Source: an uncultured Chloroflexia bacterium (lineage in GTDB: Bacteria > Chloroflexota > Limnocylindria > Limnocylindrales > CSP1-4). From it: a DNA stretch of 64,000 bases. Below are positions 50,229 through 59,079 of the stretch, in pieces. The notes under the pieces were generated by a model that was not told the DNA's origin, made no database searches, and saw nothing but the letters and a program-made list of their open reading frames with translations. Each line of letters opens with the position of its first letter. The stretch's first letter is position 1. The stretch lies in assembly GCA_963757865.1 (NCBI GenBank), contig CAVWSU010000013.1:410904-474903 (forward strand), in the 5' to 3' direction. A program made the position numbers and the translations under genes.

Positions 50229-50906
50229 ATGGCCCGATTCGCGCGGTCGGCTGGCATTCTCGCGCTGGCGATCGTCCTGTCGTCCGCGTGTGGCGGCCCG
50301 ACGGCGACCGCCTCTCCCGCCACGTCCCCCGGCCGGACCGGCGCGTCATCGTCGGCCCCCGCGACCGCGTCTTCTGCCGGGCCGTCGGCGAGTGGCGCCT
50401 CCCAGGTGTCGTTCGCCCCGGGCACGAGCGATGCGCCGGCGGCATCCGCGCTGCCTGGCAGCCCCGCGAGCTCGGGGGCGCCGACCGGCGCGGCGGGGTG
50501 CAGCGGCAGCCACGACAACCGGGTCTTCTTCGACGCGATCGCCGGGCAGGTGCCGTGGGCCGTGTACTGCGCCGTGCTGCCCGACGGGTGGTTCGTCCAG
50601 GCGGGCTCCTTCTCGCTGCGCAGCGGGGGCCGCATGGAGATCACGTACCACGGACCGGAGGGCGCACTGCTCACGCTCGAGGAGGGGAACGTGTGCGAGG
50701 GCCAGGCGAGTCCCTGCCCGTCGGCCGGCGAGCAGCTCGGGCAGGCCTCGTTCGGCGACCGCCAGGGGACGCTGATGGCCGTCGGCTCGGGCTACGCGAT
50801 CGACGTCGACGCGTCGAGCTTCCCGGGCTGGTCCGCGACCGGGACGGGCATGGACCAGGCCATCTTCACGGCGATCGCCGCGGCACTCCTGCACGTGGAG
50901 GCCTGA
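50229..50906 (+). CDS. Hypothetical lipoprotein with Ser/Ala/Pro linker and Cys-containing domain
   Basis: Signal peptide ending LSSAC, linker, then a domain with 4 Cys (VYCAVLPDGW). Confidence 0.7.
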   Translation: MARFARSAGILALAIVLSSACGGPTATASPATSPGRTGASSSAPATASSAGPSASGASQVSFAPGTSDAPAASALPGSPASSGAPTGAAGCSGSHDNRVFFDAIAGQVPWAVYCAVLPDGWFVQAGSFSLRSGGRMEITYHGPEGALLTLEEGNVCEGQASPCPSAGEQLGQASFGDRQGTLMAVGSGYAIDVDASSFPGWSATGTGMDQAIFTAIAAALLHVEA

Positions 50907-50995
50907 GGGCCGGCCCTGCCGTCGCGCCGTGACCGCGTGCGGGCGGGTGGCTCATCGACGGTGCCGGTCACCCGCCGTGCTCGCGGCCCCACCGC

Positions 50996-52222
50996 TCAGG
51001 CGTCGCCCGCGTCGTCCTCGAGGTCGGCGCGCGCGTGGATCTCGGTGAGCGAATCCGTGAGCGTTGGCGGGACCGGAACGCGCACCTGGTGCCCCTCTCG
51101 CTGGGCGACCCTGCGCGCCGCGCGGGCCGCCACGGTGCGCGGATCCGCGGTGGCACGGTTGAGGTAGTAGAAGAAGAAGCTCGAGATCACGGCCGCGATC
51201 GGGATGCCGAAGATCGCTCCCGGGACGCCGGCGAGCTTGCCACCGACGATCACGGAGGCGAGCACGACCAGTGGGTGGATGCCCACGGTGCCGGCCATCA
51301 GGCGCGGCTGCACGACGTTCATGACCACCATCCAGCCCGCCACCATCACGACGAGCGCCGGGACGACCGCGCCGGGCTTGGTCACGATCGCATCGATCAC
51401 CGGGGGCGCCCACGAGACGAACGGGCCGAAGAACGGGATGGCCTGCAGGATGCCCGACGAGGCCGCCACGATCGGCGTGTACTCCATCCCGAGCGCGACT
51501 CCCAGCACGGCGGCGAGCGCGCCGTACATCAGACCCATGATGGCCTGCCCCCGCAGGAACCCGCCGAACGAGCGGGACACGCTGCGCTCGAACAGGCGGA
51601 ACTCCTCGGCGTACTGGGGCGGAACCAGGCGCACGCCGAAGGCGAGGATCCGGTCCCGGTCCAGCACCATGTACAACGACAGGAACGTGATGATCAGCAG
51701 GTTGCCGAGCAGGCCCAACCCCGCCAGCGCGAAGCTCGACACGGGCGCCGCGACGGATGGCAGGTCGTGCAGGAACGTCTGCACCTGGGCCGCCACGTCG
51801 ATCTTGATCCCCAGCTGGTTCAGCCGGCCCTGGTTCGCCTGCAGCACGTCCAGCAACTGCGTCTGCAGCTGCGGGGCGTTGGCCACGAGCGCCGTGATCG
51901 AGCTGGCGAACACCTGGGCGGCGTAGATCGCGAGCAGCGACAGCGCAACGAGCAGGAGCCCGTACGTCAGGAGGACCGCGAGCCCGCGCGGCAGTCCCGG
52001 CGTGACCCGCTCGAGCAGTGCCGCGACGGGCGTCAGCACGAAGGCGAGCAGCCAGGCCAGGAAGAAGACCAGGAGGATGTCGCCGAAGAACAGCAGGACG
52101 TTGGCGAGGAGGCCGATGAGGAGGAGTGACACCGCGAACGTGCCGATCACGAGCAGCGCGTCGAGCCAGCGGCGCTCGCGCGCGGTCAGCGTCGTTCCCG
52201 CCCCGGACGACTCGGGCTCCAT
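50996..52222 (-). CDS. AI-2E (PerM) family transporter
   Basis: LLAFVLTPV, GGFLRGQ, IPFFGP, QPRLM..VGIHP, GAIFGIP. Confidence 0.9.
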   Translation of the reverse strand: MEPESSGAGTTLTARERRWLDALLVIGTFAVSLLLIGLLANVLLFFGDILLVFFLAWLLAFVLTPVAALLERVTPGLPRGLAVLLTYGLLLVALSLLAIYAAQVFASSITALVANAPQLQTQLLDVLQANQGRLNQLGIKIDVAAQVQTFLHDLPSVAAPVSSFALAGLGLLGNLLIITFLSLYMVLDRDRILAFGVRLVPPQYAEEFRLFERSVSRSFGGFLRGQAIMGLMYGALAAVLGVALGMEYTPIVAASSGILQAIPFFGPFVSWAPPVIDAIVTKPGAVVPALVVMVAGWMVVMNVVQPRLMAGTVGIHPLVVLASVIVGGKLAGVPGAIFGIPIAAVISSFFFYYLNRATADPRTVAARAARRVAQREGHQVRVPVPPTLTDSLTEIHARADLEDDAGDA

Positions 52223-52308
52223 CGCGTGAGTCTACGACGTGCGGTGGGTCGTTCGGGACGTCGCGGGCGCTGCGGCCCCGGCGGGCCCCTGGCGGCCCCC
52301 GGCAGGCT

Positions 52309-53319
52309 TCAGTCCGCGATGCGCCCCAGCCCCATCCGCTCGTGGCAGACGGCCAGCGTCTCGCGCGCCATCGGAGCCAGCCGCTCCGCCCCGGCCCTCA
52401 GGATCTCCTCCACGTACCCGGGCCGCCCGGCCAGCTCGCGCCTGCGCTCGCGTGCCTCGGCGAAGTGGGCCACGATCCGGTCGGCCAGCAGGCGCTTGGT
52501 GTCCACGCAGCCGGTCCGGGCCGTCCGTTCGCCGTCCCAGATCTCCTCGAAGTCGGTTGGGCTGAAGAACCGGTGGAGCTGGCAGACATTGCAGACCTCG
52601 GGCCTGCCCGGGTCCGTGCGGCGGATGCGTTCCGTGTCGGTGACCATGCTCATGACCTGGCGCTGGATCACCTCGGGTTCCGCGAAGATGTCGATGACGT
52701 TGCCGAGCGACTTGGACATCTTGTTCACGCCGTCGGTGCCGCGAACGATCGGCGAATCGTTGAAGACCGCCTCCGCCTCGACGAAGTACTCGCCGTACCG
52801 GGCGTTCCACGCGCGCACGATCTCGCGCGCCAGCTCGAGGTGGGCAGCCTGGTCCTTGCCCACCGGCACGTACCGCGCGTGGTAGATCGCGATGTCCGCG
52901 GCCTGCAGCACCGGGTACGTGAGCAGCGCGTGGTTGATGTCCTCGGGCTGGTTCCGCCGCTTCTCCTTGAACGACGGCGTCCGCTCCACCCAGGCGACCG
53001 GCACGACCGTCGACAGGAGCCAGGTGAGCTCGGTGTGCTCGGGCCGGTCGGACTGGCGGAACAGGACCGCCCGCTCGGGGTCGAGCCCCAGCGCGAGCAG
53101 GCCGAGCGCCATCTCCTGCGTGTTGCGCCGGATCAGCTCGCCGTCGTGGGTGCTCGTCAGCGCGTGGTAATCGACGATGCAGTAGATGGCGTCGTGGTTC
53201 TCCTGCATCGAGATGTACGAGCGGAAGGCTCCCAGGTAGTTGCCCACGTGGGGCAGGCCGGAGGGCTGGACGCCGCTGAAGACGCGACTGCGTGTCGTGG
53301 ACGCGGACGAGGTGGTCAT
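52309..53319 (-). CDS. trpS: Tryptophanyl-tRNA synthetase
   Basis: SGVQPSG..HVGN, DYHALT, YPVLQAADI, VPVGKDQ, KMSKS. Confidence 0.97.
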   Translation of the reverse strand: MTTSSASTTRSRVFSGVQPSGLPHVGNYLGAFRSYISMQENHDAIYCIVDYHALTSTHDGELIRRNTQEMALGLLALGLDPERAVLFRQSDRPEHTELTWLLSTVVPVAWVERTPSFKEKRRNQPEDINHALLTYPVLQAADIAIYHARYVPVGKDQAAHLELAREIVRAWNARYGEYFVEAEAVFNDSPIVRGTDGVNKMSKSLGNVIDIFAEPEVIQRQVMSMVTDTERIRRTDPGRPEVCNVCQLHRFFSPTDFEEIWDGERTARTGCVDTKRLLADRIVAHFAEARERRRELAGRPGYVEEILRAGAERLAPMARETLAVCHERMGLGRIAD

Positions 53320-53386
53320 CGGCCGGAGTGTAGCCGAGCGCGGCCGGCGCCGATTCGCATGGCGCGGGTGGTGTATCACTGCATCG

Positions 53387-53965
53387 ATGTTCATCCTCTA
53401 CGCGATCGTGGTCGGGCTCGTCGCCGGCAGGCTGCTGGGCGGCCGGCTCGACAACCTGGCCGGGCTCTCGTTCCGCTGGGTCGGCGTCGCCATCGCGGGG
53501 CTGGTGGCGCAGGTGGTGCTGTTCAGCCCGCCCGCGAGCGTCGGGCTCGACGTCATCGGACCCGTGCTGTACGTGGCGTCCACAGCGGCCGTGCTCGCCT
53601 TCGTGCTGGCGAACCTGCGGACCCGGGGCATGCCGGTCGTCGCGCTCGGCGCCGCCCTCAACCTCGTGGCGATCCTGGCCAACGGCGGCACGATGCCGGC
53701 CAGCCGGGCCGCGCTCGAAACGGCCGGCCTCGTCACCTCGGGCGGGTACACCAACAGCCAGGCCCTGGCGTCGCCCGTGCTGGCTCCACTGGGCGACGTG
53801 TTCGCGCTCCCGGCCGGCGTGCCGCTGGCCAACGTCTTCAGCATCGGCGACGTCGTGATCGCGCTCGGCGTCCTCGTGGTCGTGACCGCGGCGATGCGCA
53901 GGCCGCTTCCGCCCGCGCCGGCGATGGCGCCACCCCCGGACGAAGGTACTGGTACGTCCGTCTGA
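53387..53965 (+). CDS. DUF5317-like membrane protein
   Basis: About 5 hydrophobic helices. GGRL..L, LNLVAILANGGTMP, LGD and FSIGD motifs recognised as this family by eye. Confidence 0.8.
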   Translation: MFILYAIVVGLVAGRLLGGRLDNLAGLSFRWVGVAIAGLVAQVVLFSPPASVGLDVIGPVLYVASTAAVLAFVLANLRTRGMPVVALGAALNLVAILANGGTMPASRAALETAGLVTSGGYTNSQALASPVLAPLGDVFALPAGVPLANVFSIGDVVIALGVLVVVTAAMRRPLPPAPAMAPPPDEGTGTSV

Positions 53966-54081
53966 GCCGGACCGCGCCCGGCTGGTACCTGTGGCCCATA
54001 GAAACGTCACCCACCGCGGCAATACGGTGCATCCGCAGCGATGGACGCTGTCCGGCCCGATGCCGGAACCCGGAGGGGAAC

Positions 54082-54168
54082 ATGAAGGCGGTTCCTGGCG
54101 CGCTTCATGTTCGTCGCGGCGGTGCGTGCCGTCGCGGACTGATCCTGAGCGCCGGGGTGCGGTGGTGA
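54082..54168 (+). CDS. Small peptide 1 ending GLILSAGVRW (middle possibly frame-corrupted)
   Basis: GGAGGGG RBS and ATG AAG start. C-terminus matches peptide 2. The +1 frame of its middle reads FLARFMFVAAV. Confidence 0.55.
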   Translation: MKAVPGALHVRRGGACRRGLILSAGVRW

Positions 54169-54169
54169 C

Positions 54170-54271
54170 ATGAAGCGCTCGGTCGAATTCGCAAAGTTCC
54201 GCATCCTGCTCGCGCTCGCGGCTATCGCCAGCTCCGCCCTCGTCCTCGAGGCGGGCCACCGCTGGTTCTGA
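54170..54271 (+). CDS. Small 33-aa signal-peptide-like peptide MKRSVEFAKFRILLALAAIASSALVLEAGHRWF
   Basis: Starts 1 nt after the peptide 1 stop. Strong GC3 codon bias. Basic N-terminus, hydrophobic core, AG-x-RW tail. Too short for the ORF track. Confidence 0.75.
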   Translation: MKRSVEFAKFRILLALAAIASSALVLEAGHRWF

Positions 54272-54409
54272 CGAGCGCGCGGGCGCGGCCCGTCGGGGCC
54301 GCGTGACGTTCGCCAAGGGACCGCCGGACATCCGGCGGTCTCGCGGTTTCCGGGGCATCCGGCCCCCGCCTCCAGATTCCGCGCAGGCGCTGGCCCTACA
54401 ATCCTGTCG

Positions 54410-55714
54410 ATGACCGCGCCATCCACGGCCACCGGCTCCCGCGTCACCGCGCGTCCGCTCCGCGTCGCACTCCTCGGTCTCGGGACAGTGGGCCGGGAGG
54501 TCGCCCGCGGACTGCTTCACCATGAGCGGCAGGTGCGCAGCGCGGCCCCGGGACTCGCGGCCCCGGGACGCACGGCCTCGGGACGCACGGCCTCGGGACG
54601 CGAGGTGCGCCTGGTCGCCGTGGCCGACCGCGACCCGTCGCGCCTCGAGGGCCTGGATCTCGCGGACGTCGAGTGCGTGGACGATGGTGCGCGCCTGGTC
54701 GGCGGCCCGGACGTGGACGTGATCGTCGAGCTGATCGGCGGCATCGAGGGCGCCGGGCGGCTCGTGGCCTCGGCGCTCGACGCGGGCCACTCCGTCGTCA
54801 CGGCCAACAAGGCGCTGCTCGCGCGGCGCGGCGCGGAACTGGAGCATCTCGCTCGTTCCCGCAACGTGGCGCTGCGGTTCGAGGCCGCCGTCGGCGGCGC
54901 GATCCCCGTCCTGTCGCCGCTCGCGGCCGACCTCGAGGCGAACCGGATCACGTCGGTCCGCGGCATCGTCAACGGGTCTACCAACTTCGTGCTCACGTCC
55001 ATGGCGAACGGGGTCGGCTCGTACGACGACGCCGTCGCGCAGGCCAGGTCGCTCGGCTACCTGGAGGCCGACGCGAGCACGGACGTGGAAGGGAAGGACG
55101 CGGCCGACAAGCTGGCGATCCTCGTGCGCCTGGCCTTCGGGGCCTGGCCCGACGTGACGGCGATCCGCCGCGCCCCGCCGGGCATGTCGGGCTCGGCCGG
55201 TGCGGGCATCACCGCTGTCAGCCGCGCCGTCATCGACGCCGCCCGGCGGTTCGACCTGGTGGTGAAGCTTGTCGCGACCGCGACCCTGACCCCCGACGGC
55301 AGGGTTGTCGCGGCCGTGGTCCCCGCCGCCGTGCCGTCCGCGGATCCACTGGCCCGGACGGATGGGGCCGAGAACCGCATCGAGATCGACGGAGACCCGG
55401 TGGGGAGGGTCGCGTTCGTCGGGCCTGGTGCCGGCGGGGCCGCCACGAGCAGCGCCGTGCTGGGGGATCTCATCGCGATCGCCCGCGGCAGGGGGTCCAC
55501 CTGGGGCGGGCTGCCCGAGGCGGGGTTGCTCGACCCCGATCGGCTCGGGGACGGCATGGACGAGGTGCGGTCCTGGCTGGCCGTCGGGCCCGGAGAGCCG
55601 GCACTCGTGGGTCCCGCATCGCTCGACGATGCACGCAGGTATCTCGACCGGAACCGGCCCGACCTCGCGGCGTCCGCCGACACCGTCCTCGTTCCCGTCC
55701 TGGAGGCACGCTGA
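54410..55714 (+). CDS. hom: Homoserine dehydrogenase
   Basis: LGLGTVG, VELIGG, VVTANK, FEAAVGGAIP, GIVNGSTN, DVEGKDAADK, GPGAGG..T. Contains a 4 x 15-bp repeat insert at 54542-54601. Confidence 0.95.
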   Translation: MTAPSTATGSRVTARPLRVALLGLGTVGREVARGLLHHERQVRSAAPGLAAPGRTASGRTASGREVRLVAVADRDPSRLEGLDLADVECVDDGARLVGGPDVDVIVELIGGIEGAGRLVASALDAGHSVVTANKALLARRGAELEHLARSRNVALRFEAAVGGAIPVLSPLAADLEANRITSVRGIVNGSTNFVLTSMANGVGSYDDAVAQARSLGYLEADASTDVEGKDAADKLAILVRLAFGAWPDVTAIRRAPPGMSGSAGAGITAVSRAVIDAARRFDLVVKLVATATLTPDGRVVAAVVPAAVPSADPLARTDGAENRIEIDGDPVGRVAFVGPGAGGAATSSAVLGDLIAIARGRGSTWGGLPEAGLLDPDRLGDGMDEVRSWLAVGPGEPALVGPASLDDARRYLDRNRPDLAASADTVLVPVLEAR

Positions 55715-55717
55715 CCG

Positions 55718-56836
55718 ATGCGCATGAGCGAGGTGCTCCGGCACCTGCGGCAGCAGCAGGCCACGACGGGCGCCCGTCCCCGCCTGCTGCATCGCTACGC
55801 GGCGTTCCTGCCGGTCGGACCCGAGACTCCGCCGCTGTCGCTGGGCGAGGGGTTCACGCCGCTGGTCCACGCCCGCACCCTGGGCCGCGCCGTCGGCTGC
55901 CCGGAGCTCTATCTCAAGTTCGAGGGCATGAACCCGACGGGCTCGTTCAAGGACCGCGGCATGGTCGTTGCCGTCGCCAAGGCGCTCGAGGAGGGCGCGC
56001 GCGCGGTGATCTGCGCGTCGACGGGCAACACGTCGGCCTCGGCGGCCGCGTACGGCGCGAGCGCGGGCCTCGAGGTGATCGTGGTGCTCCCGGCCGGGCG
56101 GATCGCGGCGGGGAAGCTGCTCCAGGCGCAGGTCGCCGGGGCGCGAGTGGTCGCCGTCGACGGCAACTTCGACGACGCGCTGCGGGTCGTCCGCGAACTG
56201 GCCGCGACGGGTGCCGGGTCGGGCCATCCGGTCACGCTCGTGAACTCGGTCAACCCGTACCGGCTCGAGGGCCAGAAGACGGCTGCGTTCGAGGTCTGCG
56301 ATGACCTGGGAGGCGCCCCCGACTACCTGGCCATCCCGGTCGGCAACGCGGGCAACATCAGCGCCTACTGGGCGGGCTTCAGCGAATACCGGGACGCCGG
56401 GCTCGTCGAGACCAGGCCCGTCATGCTCGGCTTCCAGGCCGCGGGCGCCGCTCCCATCGTCGCGGGCCATCCGATCGAGAATCCCGAGACGATCGCGACG
56501 GCCATCCGCATCGGCAACCCGGCGAGCTGGCAGAAGGCGGTCCGGGCGAGGGATGAATTGGGCGGCCGGATCGAGGCGGTCACCGACGAGGAGATCCTGG
56601 ACGCTTACCGGGACCTCGCCCGCTACGAGGGCGTCTTCTGCGAACCGGCCAGCGCGGCGTCGGTGGCCGGCGTGCGCAAGCTGGCGTCCGAGGGTGCGAT
56701 CGATCCCGGGGCAACGATCGTGTGCGTGCTCACGGGCCACGGCCTCAAGGACCCGGACACGGCTCGCCGGAACGTGCTGGCGGGCGTGACCGCGCCGGCC
56801 ACCGTCGAGGGCGTCATGGGGGCGCTCGGGTGGTGA
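55718..56836 (+). CDS. thrC: Threonine synthase
   Basis: [10 protein letters not shown] (PLP Lys), ASTGNTS, NSVNPYR, PVGNAGN, CEPASAA. Confidence 0.96.
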   Translation: MRMSEVLRHLRQQQATTGARPRLLHRYAAFLPVGPETPPLSLGEGFTPLVHARTLGRAVGCPELYLKFEGMNPTGSFKDRGMVVAVAKALEEGARAVICASTGNTSASAAAYGASAGLEVIVVLPAGRIAAGKLLQAQVAGARVVAVDGNFDDALRVVRELAATGAGSGHPVTLVNSVNPYRLEGQKTAAFEVCDDLGGAPDYLAIPVGNAGNISAYWAGFSEYRDAGLVETRPVMLGFQAAGAAPIVAGHPIENPETIATAIRIGNPASWQKAVRARDELGGRIEAVTDEEILDAYRDLARYEGVFCEPASAASVAGVRKLASEGAIDPGATIVCVLTGHGLKDPDTARRNVLAGVTAPATVEGVMGALGW

Positions 56837-58155
56837 CGCGCCGCCGCGTGGGTCCGACCGGATCGGGGGGGCGGACTCGTCGCCCGGCGCCCGGGACACG
56901 CCCGGTTCCCGGGGCCGAGCAGGAGCCGGGGGCCGTCCCGGCGGGTGAATCAGCATCAGCCCCCGGGGGCGGATCTGCGCCGGGTGGTGGCTCGCTCCCC
57001 GGGGGCGGATCGGCGCCGGGTGGTGGCTCTGCCCCCGGAAGCGGATCTGCGCCGGGGGGTGGCTCGATCCCCGGAGCCGGATCTGCGCCGGCCCCCGACA
57101 TCTTCATACCCGCGGGCGAGCTGCCCGGCATTGCGGCCGACGCGGGAGCCGAGGCACCGGGCGCGGGCGACACCCGTGCGGCCGACGACCGTCCCGACCG
57201 CGAGCCGATCCCGTTCGCCGGCATCGTGCGGCGTCGCGTCGTCGTCGACGTTCCGGCCACGACGGCAAACCTTGGATCCGGCTACGACGCGCTGGCCATG
57301 GCGCTCGACCTCGTCAACCGCGTGACCGTCGAGGTGGTCGCGGGGCCGTCGGTCGAGCTGACGGTGAGAGGCGAAGGGGAGGGCCAGCTCGCCGGCGATC
57401 GCCAGAACCGGTTCGTCGTCGCGCTGGAGCTCGGCATCCGGTGGGCGCTCGGCGAGGTGCCGGATGGCATCGGCTGGCGCATCGAGATGCGCAACGAGAT
57501 CCCGCTGTCGCGCGGACTGGGATCCTCCGCGGCGGCCACGGTGGCAGGCCTCGTCGCGGCCGACGCTCTGACCGGCGGCCGCCTGGACTCGCGGCGCCAG
57601 CTCGAGCTGGCATGCGAGCTGGAAGGACACCCGGACAACGCCTCGGCGGCGCTCCTCGGCGGGTTCGTGGTCGTCGCCATGACAGGCGGGCGCCCCGAGG
57701 CGGTGCGGTTCGACGTGCCGGCCCGGCTGCGGGCCGTGCTGTTCGTGCCCGATCGCCCCCTCTCGACGACGGCGATGCGCGCCGCGCTTCCCCGCGAGGT
57801 GCCCCATCGCGACGCGGTGTTCAACGTCGGACGTGCCGCCCTGGCGGTTGCGGCGATCACGAGCGGCCGGTACGCGCTGCTGCGCGAGGCGACCGAGGAC
57901 CGGCTGCACGAGCCCTACCGTGCCGCGGCGTACCCCGAGCTGCCGCTCCTCGTCTCGGCGGCGCGCGAGGCCGGCGCGCTCGGGGCGTGCCTGTCGGGCG
58001 CGGGGTCGAGCGTCATCGCCTTCGCCGACGACGAGCCCACGCTCGAGGCGGCCGGCGAGGCGATGGCCCGCGTCGCCGCCGAGCACGGGCTGCCCGGCCG
58101 GATCCGCCCGATCGCGCCGCGCAACGCCGGCCCGATCGTGGTCGACGAGGAGTAG
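56833..58155 (+). CDS. thrB: Homoserine kinase with about 130-aa repetitive N-terminal extension
   Basis: [50 protein letters not shown] overlap with thrC. Confidence 0.93.
   Translation: MTRRRVGPTGSGGRTRRPAPGTRPVPGAEQEPGAVPAGESASAPGGGSAPGGGSLPGGGSAPGGGSAPGSGSAPGGGSIPGAGSAPAPDIFIPAGELPGIAADAGAEAPGAGDTRAADDRPDREPIPFAGIVRRRVVVDVPATTANLGSGYDALAMALDLVNRVTVEVVAGPSVELTVRGEGEGQLAGDRQNRFVVALELGIRWALGEVPDGIGWRIEMRNEIPLSRGLGSSAAATVAGLVAADALTGGRLDSRRQLELACELEGHPDNASAALLGGFVVVAMTGGRPEAVRFDVPARLRAVLFVPDRPLSTTAMRAALPREVPHRDAVFNVGRAALAVAAITSGRYALLREATEDRLHEPYRAAAYPELPLLVSAAREAGALGACLSGAGSSVIAFADDEPTLEAAGEAMARVAAEHGLPGRIRPIAPRNAGPIVVDEE
56962..57087 (+). repeat. 7 x 18-bp in-frame repeat encoding PG[G/S/A]GS[A/L/I]
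   Basis: Protein reads [42 protein letters not shown], with synonymous variation between units. Confidence 0.85.
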
Positions 58156-58960
58156 GCGCGTTCGAATTTGCGGCGGCTTGGGGCTCGGCGATCGGCGCCG
58201 GGCTCGCCGGGCGTCGAACCAGGACCCTCGTGGCGTTTGGGTTCGTGCCCCGAGGTTCGACCGCGGGGCCGGCCGCCCGGGACTGGACTCGTCGGCAGGC
58301 GCGGGACTGCAGGGCTGGCGTTCGCTGCCCGGCGCCCGCGACGTGGCACTCGCGCCGCCGGGAAGTCCGCATTCGACGGTTGCTGCATGGCGCCCGCGAC
58401 CTGCCAATCGCGCCGCCTGGAATCCGGCGTGCATGTCCGGCGAAGCCGCGGCCGTCATCCTGCGTGCGGCCGACTCCACGCGTGGCTTGCGCGCCGGTCG
58501 GCCACTCCGGCCGTGATCCGGTTCCTGTCGGACATGAATGGGAAGCCTGTTACGCGACTCCTCGCTCCCGGACACCGGACCAGGGGGCCTCGAGGAGGCC
58601 CCTCCACGCCGGGCTGATCTCCGCACATCCGGTCGTGGAGCGTGGATCGCCGGGCCGCGGCACGTCCCGAGACGCGGTCAGGAGCCCTCCCACGGCCAGC
58701 GCTCTGCCGCCGGCACGGCTCACCCGCGTACCAGCTTGCCCGGTCCTGTCCGGTGGGAGATCCGACGAGTCGGGTCCGCTGGCAGGCTTCGCAGTCCTGA
58801 CCGGTGAGACATGGACGAACTGAGACTCGGCGCGGCGATCCGAGCGCTCCGCATTCGCCTCCGTGTCCGAAGCCGTCGGCAGCGCTCTTTGCCGCCGCCT
58901 GCCCGACCCTCGTGAGCCGCTGCGTGGCCGCGAAGAGCGAGTCGACGCCGGGTGTCGCGA

Positions 58961-59064
58961 GTGACGTGCGCCGCAACGCGGCCCGCGTGACGCACGCCGC
59001 AACGCGGCCCAAGGGACGCGCGCCGCAACGCGGCCCGAGTGACGCGCGGCGTAACGCGGCCCAA
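58961..59064. repeat. 4 x 26-bp tandem repeat, no spacers
   Basis: gtgacg(c/t)gcgccgcaacgcggcccnn-like units at 58961, 58987, 59013 and 59039. Confidence 0.85.
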
Positions 59065-59079
59065 GCGTGGTCGAGACCG

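Noticed and set aside
53320-53386. T-box before trpS
   Set aside because: The divergent gap is 67 bp with a -10 box 7 nt from the ATG, and no T-box motif is present.
54272-54409. Threonine attenuator or riboswitch before hom
   Set aside because: The hairpin gaccgccgga-ca-tccggcggtc lies upstream of the hom -10 box and more likely ends the peptide transcript. The small peptides contain no Thr codons.
52232-56956. Very long alternative-frame ORFs (e.g. 52232-56956 -, 4391-8257 +, 38972-42376 -, 43105-46209 +)
   Set aside because: Shadow ORFs expected at this GC content. They overlap well-supported genes, are R/A/G/P-rich and show no motifs.
58961-59064. Possible CRISPR array (also 8214-8286 and 20982-21089)
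   Set aside because: Units are contiguous with no unique spacers, and no cas genes are present.
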